Shown here piece by piece: positions 7,693 to 13,571 of a DNA stretch of 27,624 nucleotides (position 1 is the stretch's first letter; every line of letters begins with the position of its first letter). The notes under the pieces are model-generated. The model saw nothing but the letters and a program-made list of their open reading frames with translations, was not told the DNA's origin and made no database searches. This stretch comes from a virus (taxonomy: Duplodnaviria > Caudoviricetes). Position numbers and translations under genes: made by a program. The DNA lies in the IMG/VR virus record IMGVR_UViG_3300036783_000214, positions 1 through 27,624 of that record; one strand, written 5' to 3'.

Positions 7693-7835
7693 CCGACGCT
7701 GACAGGCTGCTGGCGCGGCTGCGGAACAGCCGGAAATGCCCCCGGTGCGGGGAATGGTTCCTGTGGGAGGACTACGTGGAGCACGCCTGGTGGGAGGATT
7801 CACGGGAAACGTTCCGGGGTCGTCTTGCTGACTGA
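7686..7835 (+). CDS. Small Zn-finger-like protein (49 aa)
   Basis: Read manually: MLTDADRLLARLRNSRKCPRCGEWFLWEDYVEH...; overlaps both neighbours. Confidence 0.55.
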   Translation: MLTDADRLLARLRNSRKCPRCGEWFLWEDYVEHAWWEDSRETFRGRLAD

Positions 7836-8142
7836 CGAGCAGATCCGGGAACGGGACGGGGACCGGTGCGCCCGCTGCGGCGGGAACGGCGGCGGGCTTC
7901 ATATCCACCATAGGTGGATGCGTTCGGCCGGCGAGAACGAGAGCGCCTGCAACCGGGTGACGCTGTGCGCGTACTGCCACCGGTGGGTCCACTACAACCC
8001 GTCCCAGGCCCTCGAGCAGGGGTGGCTGATCTCCCGGTACGCCGACCCGGAGACCGTGACCGTGGAGCATACGATGTGGCCCGCAGGCCCGATCCTGCTC
8101 CTCGACGACGGCGGGATCGAGATCTGGCAGCCACCGGAATAG
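7825..8142 (+). CDS. HNH endonuclease
   Basis: ERDGDRCARCG...HIHHR...NRVTLCAYCHRWVH. Confidence 0.88.
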   Translation: MLTDEQIRERDGDRCARCGGNGGGLHIHHRWMRSAGENESACNRVTLCAYCHRWVHYNPSQALEQGWLISRYADPETVTVEHTMWPAGPILLLDDGGIEIWQPPE

Positions 8143-8213
8143 GCGCGCACCTGGCCGTGCATGGTCTGGGCGGTTACCCGCCGTATGTGGCCTGGGCCAG
8201 GTGCGCACGTCTG

Positions 8214-8420
8214 TCAGAAGTGCCGGACCGGGCAGCCTCTGTTCCAAAACTTAAGAGCCCATGGTTCGCGTTTGCCACCTATTGCGGGTGTCCAGGTCCA
8301 CGTGCACAGACAGTGTGCGGGTGGGTGTTCTGCGGTTTTCCCGGGCGCGAACGGGGGTGGGAGCTTGAGGGGCAGGGCGATGACGTTGGTCATGAACGGG
8401 GGCTGGGTGGGGTGTGTCAT
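8214..8420 (-). CDS. Hypothetical protein
   Basis: MTHPTQPP...HCLCTW...GCPVRHF; ATG overlaps the upstream stop (ATGA). Confidence 0.55.
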   Translation of the reverse strand: MTHPTQPPFMTNVIALPLKLPPPFAPGKTAEHPPAHCLCTWTWTPAIGGKREPWALKFWNRGCPVRHF

Positions 8421-8689
8421 GCGTTCACTCCTGTGGTAGCGCGGGCGGCGGCGTCTCGTTCGGCAGCGCGGGCGTCGACGGGGCTCATCCCGGCGTGCGC
8501 GGCGGATGTGAGGCAGCGGAGCGCGATGAGGACCTCGTGTTCGGTGCTGAGTTTCAGCATGGTGCCGTCGGACAGGGTGAGGCCGAGCATGGTGGGGGTG
8601 TAGTCGGCGCGGCGGATTCTCTTCTCGTTGAGCGCGATCTGCACGCGGAATTTGGAGAGCGGGCTGAGGGATAGCGCGGTGCTTGGCAT
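8417..8689 (-). CDS. Hypothetical protein
   Basis: Strong RBS AAGGAGG before ATG 8689; divergent from the XRE gene. Confidence 0.7.
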   Translation of the reverse strand: MPSTALSLSPLSKFRVQIALNEKRIRRADYTPTMLGLTLSDGTMLKLSTEHEVLIALRCLTSAAHAGMSPVDARAAERDAAARATTGVNA

Positions 8690-8699
8690 GGATTCCTCC

Positions 8700-8773
8700 T
8701 TCCATAAGAGTATCATGCTGTCTGAAAGTGCTGCAAGAGAGCCCTTTACCGTATTAGCCGGTATCATAGAATG
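8700..8773. promoter_or_regulatory. Divergent promoter region
   Basis: AT-rich. Rightward TATCAT/TAGAAT lies immediately before ATG 8771/8774 with no SD (possibly leaderless). Leftward TTGCAG-16-GATACT. GTATCAT occurs twice. Confidence 0.5.
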
Positions 8774-9277
8774 ATGGATATCACAGACGTCGAGCGTGCC
8801 GCGCTCGCTGACCCAGAGGTAATGGCGGCCGTGAACGCGTCGCGGTCACCCGTATCCCGCCCCGGCATCGGGATCGCCATCGACCGGCGGAAACTCAAGC
8901 AGCTACGCGAAGCCGCGCTCCTCGAGCGGATCGACCTGTCCGACCTCACCAAGCACACCGAGCTCTGCCAGATAGCCGCCGCCAACGGCATCGACGGCTA
9001 CTCCGGCATGGACAACGACGAGCTGACCGCCGCCCTGGCAGCCAGAGGCGTCCAGCTGCCCCGCCACGTCGGGATCAGCCGCGACGCCATCGCGAAAATC
9101 GAGAACGGCGACCGCCTCAGACCCAAGATATCGACGCTGAGAATCCTGATCGACACGCTGAACGTCGCGCTCGCCGACCGTGGCGAGCCGCCCATCAGCA
9201 TTCGTGACCTGTACGCTGGGCCAGATGACGGGGAACAGGACCCCGTCGACGCGGGCACGGAGGACGAGCCAGCATAG
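8771..9277 (+). CDS. XRE-family HTH regulator with inserted Rho-N/HeH-like segment
   Basis: IDRRKLKQLREAALL...[ELCQIAAANGIDGYSGMDNDELTAAL]...VGISRDAIAKIENGDRLRPKISTLRILIDTL. Confidence 0.75.
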   Translation: MMDITDVERAALADPEVMAAVNASRSPVSRPGIGIAIDRRKLKQLREAALLERIDLSDLTKHTELCQIAAANGIDGYSGMDNDELTAALAARGVQLPRHVGISRDAIAKIENGDRLRPKISTLRILIDTLNVALADRGEPPISIRDLYAGPDDGEQDPVDAGTEDEPA

Positions 9278-9311
9278 TAACCAGCGGCTCCCGCTCCCCC
9301 GGAGGCTGACC

Positions 9312-9830
9312 GTGACATCCCCGACCCCCATCGACGGGCTCGTTTGGTCATATTACCAATTGGGCTGGTCGACGCGGCGGATCGCCGGTGAGGTCAACAC
9401 CAGCCAGGCTTCCGTCGTGCGGATACTGGAACGGCTCAAGAAAGACCCCCCTGATCCTGCGACGGTCGTCATGAACTCCACCCCCCCGGGGGGAATGCCC
9501 GCGGTGCGCCAGTTCCCCCTCCGCTGGGACGACGAGGAAGCACGCGGCGTGCCCCGCCATGTCCGGTACGGCACCGTCGCCCTGTTCGTGCTGACCCTCC
9601 TCCTCCTCGGCGCTCTGGCCGCCACCCTCATCGCCGCCGGCGGGGGTTTCATCGCCCGCGGGAAAACCGGCCCGGCAGGACCCCCGGGTCCCGCTGGAGC
9701 AGCCGCGCCGGAGCGCATGTTCGAGCTATGCGTCCGCTACTCCACGTTCAGCGGTGCCGTCGTATCCCTGACCGCCCCCGACAAGCACGGCAGCTGCGGG
9801 ACCGCGACCCTGATCCGGGTGCCGGGATGA
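9312..9830 (+). CDS. Membrane protein with N-terminal HTH-like motif and short collagen-like repeat
   Basis: GGAGG then GTG 9312; GWSTRRIAGEVNTSQASVVRIL; hydrophobic TM segment; GKTGPAGPPGPAG. Confidence 0.7.
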   Translation: MTSPTPIDGLVWSYYQLGWSTRRIAGEVNTSQASVVRILERLKKDPPDPATVVMNSTPPGGMPAVRQFPLRWDDEEARGVPRHVRYGTVALFVLTLLLLGALAATLIAAGGGFIARGKTGPAGPPGPAGAAAPERMFELCVRYSTFSGAVVSLTAPDKHGSCGTATLIRVPG

Positions 9831-10012
9831 GCACCGCCCGGCACGCCGAAGCGAAACAGAACCTGCCCGTCAGCCGCGTCGAGTGCCGGTTTGTCTATGA
9901 GGGTGAGGTCAAGGGTGAGTGGGTTCCGCTGCTCGAAGCCATGCGGCTCTGGATGACACCCGCCGAGGGCCGTACCGTCGACCGGGTCGAATTCAACGAG
10001 AGGCAAGCATGA
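9827..10012 (+). CDS. Hypothetical protein
   Basis: ATGA-coupled on both sides (MSTARHAE...). Confidence 0.55.
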   Translation: MSTARHAEAKQNLPVSRVECRFVYEGEVKGEWVPLLEAMRLWMTPAEGRTVDRVEFNERQA

Positions 10013-10089
10013 TGTTCGTGCTGACGACCGTGAACTGTGCCGTGCTCATCCCCGTGTCCAACCTGAAAGGCGGCAAGCGCGGACGGTAG
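10009..10089 (+). CDS. Possible 26-aa peptide
   Basis: GAGAGG RBS-like, ATGA overlap; MMFVLTTVNCAVLIPVSNLKGGKRGR. Confidence 0.3.
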   Translation: MMFVLTTVNCAVLIPVSNLKGGKRGR

Positions 10090-10148
10090 TGGCCTGGCTC
10101 AGGGGCTTAGCGGCATCCGTGCCCAAGGAGAGGACGGCCAGGTTAGTG

Positions 10149-10178
10149 CCCGCCCGGTCACTGCAGTGGCCGGGCGGG
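10149..10178. terminator. GC hairpin between convergent operons
   Basis: CCCGCCCGGTCAC-TGCA-GTGGCCGGGCGGG. Confidence 0.6.
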
Positions 10179-10190
10179 TCTCCCCGTAAC

Positions 10191-11069
10191 TCAGTCGCCG
10201 CCGGGAGGCTGGAGCCGGAACGCGCCGGCCCCCTTGAAAACCTCCTCGTTGACGATGTACGCGTACCCCGCGACCGCCACGGCAATCAGCGGGGCGAACA
10301 CAAGCCACGGCACCCACCCCCGCCCAGCGGCCCGCTGCCGGGAAACCCACCGTCGCACCCGTGGGACCCGGAGGATCAGCAGGGGCAGGCTGACCGCGGC
10401 CAGCTGGTACAGCCGCTGATGCACCACCGGGGTCCCGTCCGGTGCGGTCGACGGGCCGTCCGTCCCGTGCTGGACGCCGAACCCCTCGAGCAGCGCCAGG
10501 TGGACGGACAGCAGGAACCACACCAGGTAGGTGAGGCGCTGCAGCTGCTTCCAGTACCGGCCCAGCAGCCGCATCGAGTAGTTGTTCGCCGTGACCAGCA
10601 GCGGTGTCATGACCGCGACCATCATCAGCCCGGCGAGCAGGAACGTGTGCCCGGCCAGCCGTCCGAGCGGACCCCCGGTGAAATCGGACGTGACCGCGGC
10701 TATGGCAGCGTCGGTGATCGCGGTGACCCCCAGGACGATGCCGTACCAGCGGCGCAACGGCACGAACCAGTGCTGCCCGGTCAGCGTGACCGCCGGGGTG
10801 ACCGCCAGGGTCGCCAGCAGCAGCAGCATCGACGCGGAACCCAGCACATCGGCGTTGACTGATGTCAGCACGCTGGTGTCATCCAGGATGACCGGACGGG
10901 CGGTGAAGAACAGCGGTGCCAGCGCCGGCACGCCGAGGAGGATGCACGCGGCGGTTCCGCGGCGGATGTCCGACCCGGCCAGCCGGAACGTCCGTGCCAT
11001 CCACGCGTCCACGCCCCTGCGGCGCTCGCTCGTGCGGAGGATGACGGTCCGGTTGCTGGTTTGTGTCAC
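10191..11069 (-). CDS. MsrQ/YedZ-like ferric-reductase-type transmembrane protein (degenerate heme ligands)
   Basis: LLLLATLAVTP, LRRWYG, PLLVTANNYSMRLLGRYWKQLQRLTY...SVH; multiple TM helices. Confidence 0.8.
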   Translation of the reverse strand: MTQTSNRTVILRTSERRRGVDAWMARTFRLAGSDIRRGTAACILLGVPALAPLFFTARPVILDDTSVLTSVNADVLGSASMLLLLATLAVTPAVTLTGQHWFVPLRRWYGIVLGVTAITDAAIAAVTSDFTGGPLGRLAGHTFLLAGLMMVAVMTPLLVTANNYSMRLLGRYWKQLQRLTYLVWFLLSVHLALLEGFGVQHGTDGPSTAPDGTPVVHQRLYQLAAVSLPLLILRVPRVRRWVSRQRAAGRGWVPWLVFAPLIAVAVAGYAYIVNEEVFKGAGAFRLQPPGGD

Positions 11070-11230
11070 GGGGTGGCCGCCGGGGTCGCGCCGGTCCCCG
11101 CCGGGCGGAACACGAACTGGCCGTACCCGTTCGCGTGCAGCTCCCCCGCCCCGGTCCCCGCCGCGAAAGCCACCAGGACAGCCAGCGACACGACGACCGC
11201 CCGGGCGGGACGCCGCTGCCGGGGGGTCAC
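11066..11230 (-). CDS. Small membrane/secreted protein
   Basis: GAGG then GTG 11230; basic N-terminus plus hydrophobic stretch; GTGA overlap with the MsrQ-like gene. Confidence 0.55.
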   Translation of the reverse strand: MTPRQRRPARAVVVSLAVLVAFAAGTGAGELHANGYGQFVFRPAGTGATPAATP

Positions 11231-11245
11231 CGCAGCCTCATCGCG

Positions 11246-11292
11246 TAGAATGAAACGGCCCGGACGGCGTTGCAAGCGCCGCTCCCCGGGCC
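11246..11292 (+). promoter_or_regulatory. -10 box and leader hairpin upstream of the HNH gene
   Basis: TAGAAT 11246-11251, then GGCCCGG...CCGGGCC enclosing CGGCG/CGCCG. Confidence 0.45.
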
Positions 11293-11334
11293 TGACCGCA
11301 AGTGAGGTGCGGCTATGCAAACGGTACCGCAGTC

Positions 11335-11724
11335 ATGAAATCTGCGAAGTTCCGTGATCCTGTATACAGGGCTAACCATCGGCTTTTGCACCGCATTCGC
11401 GGTAAAGCACGTGATCATGAATGCAGCCGCTGCGGCGTTCAGGCTGAGCAGTGGGCTCAGCTCCACGACCGTGAAGGATCTGACCCGTGGGCAGACTACG
11501 TTCCGATGTGCTGCAAGTGTCATGTGATTTACGACCGTGGCGGTGTGCCGCGTCCTTGGTCGGCTGAGGCCCGCCGTAGGGTCAGCGAGAGTAAAAAGGG
11601 CTGGAATCCTCGGCCGGAGACGAGAGCAGCGATGTCCTTCAGTGCTCGCGCCCGGACAGACCGGAAGCGTGACACGCAGACGGGGCGTTGGCTCTCGCCT
11701 ACCAGACACGGTAAGCCGCAGTAG
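11335..11724 (+). CDS. HNH-like endonuclease with NUMOD3-like tail
   Basis: YRANHRLL..RGKA..HECSRCG...YVPMCCKCHVIYD; SAEARRRVSESKKG...PETRAAMS. Antisense to the flanking operon. Confidence 0.75.
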   Translation: MKSAKFRDPVYRANHRLLHRIRGKARDHECSRCGVQAEQWAQLHDREGSDPWADYVPMCCKCHVIYDRGGVPRPWSAEARRRVSESKKGWNPRPETRAAMSFSARARTDRKRDTQTGRWLSPTRHGKPQ

Positions 11725-12220
11725 GAGCATAGTAGCCGTTCCACCCCCTCCACCCGACTGTGGTTCCACTAGAGTGCGCGCCGAACGAGACGTGGTACCA
11801 GATCGTGTCCATCTCCATGTGTCCGGTTCCGAACGCGAGGATGTCACCTCTGCGTGCTTGGGATAGCGGTATCCAGTGCACGTGCGGGTTGCCGGGAATC
11901 AGGTATGTCGAGTGCGGTAGCCAGATCCCGTCCGCGTTCCCGAAAGCGGCGACGATCAAACCGCTGCAGTCGTAGGCTGGCCCAATGCCTCCATAGCCGT
12001 AGGAATGCCCGAGCGCGTGATTCTCAGCCCAGTTCAGCGCCTGGTCCCCGGGTGTTCCTGCGAAAGCCTGCGCGGGGGATGCTGCGAGCATGACGGTGAG
12101 GAGGCTGGCCAGCATGACCGCTGGGAGAAGCACCCCCCGCACGATACGGTGACAGGTGCCGGGCCGCTCATAGCCGTATCGGCCGTGAGGCCCAGACCTG
12201 TGACGGCGGCCCGGCATCAT
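11699..12220 (-). CDS. Secreted NlpC/P60 peptidoglycan peptidase
   Basis: Signal peptide ending PAQA; YGYGG...YDCSGL, RGDILAF..GH, GAHSSG; ATGA-coupled to the Rpf gene. Confidence 0.88.
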   Translation of the reverse strand: MMPGRRHRSGPHGRYGYERPGTCHRIVRGVLLPAVMLASLLTVMLAASPAQAFAGTPGDQALNWAENHALGHSYGYGGIGPAYDCSGLIVAAFGNADGIWLPHSTYLIPGNPHVHWIPLSQARRGDILAFGTGHMEMDTIWYHVSFGAHSSGTTVGWRGWNGYYAPTAAYRVW

Positions 12221-13053
12221 CCGCACCCGTCGTAAGCATGCCAGGCGGAGTATCCGCTCTGCGCGACTTCCTGACGGAACGCCTGCTGCTGCTCCCCGAC
12301 GGACGCGTTCTCGGGGAGCCCGCCGTGACCGAGCGCATGCCAGGTGCTCGGCAGAAACTGGTATAGGCCACCAGCCCCGGACGTGGGGTTCACGGCCCGG
12401 GAGTTCCCACCGGATTCGCGGGCGATGATGCACGATTCGGTCCCGCCGCCCCCGTGGTAGGTGCTGCTGGCGTATGACCGGTAGTGCCGGGTGCTGCTGA
12501 CCTGCCGGACGGCATGCCCGCAGGGGACGTCCCAGCCGTCACCGTCGCCGTCCCCGCAGAAATTGGGATCGCCGTAGCTCTTCCCCCGGACCTGGCCTGC
12601 GCTGCGGTGGATGGGCCTGGACGGCGCTGAGATGCCCACAGGGCCATCCGCAGCCTTCCCCGCACGGTACAGCCACCCTTCCTGCGGGTGCCACGATGAC
12701 AGGCTCAGGGTCTCCCCGGCCAGTATGTAGTCCGGGTTGTGGACGCGTGCCTTGTTGACCCACCAGAGGGCGGGCCAGAGGGCTGCTTTCCCGTATGCTG
12801 CCTGCGCGATCGTGCTGAGGGTCTGCCCGGGCCTGACCGTCCACGTGCGGGCCGCGTGGTGCGGCGCACTGGCCGTCACCAGCTTGGGCCTCAGCAGGGC
12901 CGGGACATCCATGAGCCGGTGCGCCGCTGCGCCCAGCCTAGCCGCCGTGCTGTTTGATGACGCCCCGGCGGGGGAGGGCACCGCCAGGAACGCTCCGGCT
13001 GCCACTGCGGAGGTGACGACCGCCAGGACAACTAGCCATCGGGAGTATCGCAT
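12217..13053 (-). CDS. Secreted LysM + Rpf-like lytic transglycosylase
   Basis: Signal peptide; LysM WTVRPGQTLSTIA...NPDYILAGETL; CIIARESGGN...GGLYQFLPSTW...ASVGEQ...SAW...C. Confidence 0.9.
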   Translation of the reverse strand: MRYSRWLVVLAVVTSAVAAGAFLAVPSPAGASSNSTAARLGAAAHRLMDVPALLRPKLVTASAPHHAARTWTVRPGQTLSTIAQAAYGKAALWPALWWVNKARVHNPDYILAGETLSLSSWHPQEGWLYRAGKAADGPVGISAPSRPIHRSAGQVRGKSYGDPNFCGDGDGDGWDVPCGHAVRQVSSTRHYRSYASSTYHGGGGTESCIIARESGGNSRAVNPTSGAGGLYQFLPSTWHALGHGGLPENASVGEQQQAFRQEVAQSGYSAWHAYDGCG

Positions 13054-13163
13054 CGTACGTCCTTGTCTGAGGAAACGTGCCTCAGGCACAGAAACGTAGC
13101 TTGTATACAGCCCAAATGACCCTGAATCACCCCGAATCTTTGCGCCCCAAGCGATTCATGCCG

Positions 13164-13197
13164 AAAGTGGCCCACCCCTCGTGCGGGGCGGGCCACT
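13164..13197 (-). terminator. Terminator-like hairpin after the tail genes
   Basis: AGTGGCCCGCCCC-6 nt-GGGGTGGGCCACT followed by TT on the minus strand. Confidence 0.6.
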
Positions 13198-13258
13198 CTA
13201 CGTGCAGCCGTTTCAGCGTGCTCTTCGGGGGTGTATCACGGCGTGTCCTGTGGTTCTG

Positions 13259-13558
13259 TCACGGCCCGATGACCGCGTTCTGAGACGCCATGTACACGTA
13301 CCCTGACGCAGGCTGCGGGTACGTCGACGGGGGCACCCCGGTGGTGTGAATCAGGTACTCGGCGTGCGCATCGTTGATCGCCGTCAGCAGCGCATCCGCG
13401 TCCGCAGCGGAGAAACCGATACCGACCAGGTCCTGCGAGCTGATCCCGCTGGACCACGAGTACAGGTTCGCGCATTCCAGCAGCGCCGCCCGGAAGTTGG
13501 ACAGCTTGGTCTGCACGTTGGCCAGGATCTGCGCCTGGGACTGCCCGGTGTCGAACAC
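13259..13558 (-). CDS. Hypothetical protein (tail-associated)
   Basis: GGAGG RBS; follows the minor tail gene. Confidence 0.7.
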   Translation of the reverse strand: MFDTGQSQAQILANVQTKLSNFRAALLECANLYSWSSGISSQDLVGIGFSAADADALLTAINDAHAEYLIHTTGVPPSTYPQPASGYVYMASQNAVIGP

Positions 13559-13571
13559 GGCTACCCTCCGG

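Noticed and set aside
3-9325. 17-bp direct repeat ACCGTGACATCCCCGAC at 3-19 and 9309-9325 (att or terminal repeat?)
   Set aside because: A single match of this length is plausible by chance in GC-rich DNA; it overlaps coding sequence and no integrase is seen.
13205-13245. Hammerhead-like CCGAAGAG...GAAAC on the minus strand
   Set aside because: The core deviates from CUGANGA, stems I and II do not form, and the cleavage triplet would be GUG.
13054-13260. c-di-AMP (ydaO) riboswitch upstream of the Rpf gene, as in Streptomyces rpfA
   Set aside because: Only a loose GGGGTGATTC resemblance; the other conserved segments could not be found.
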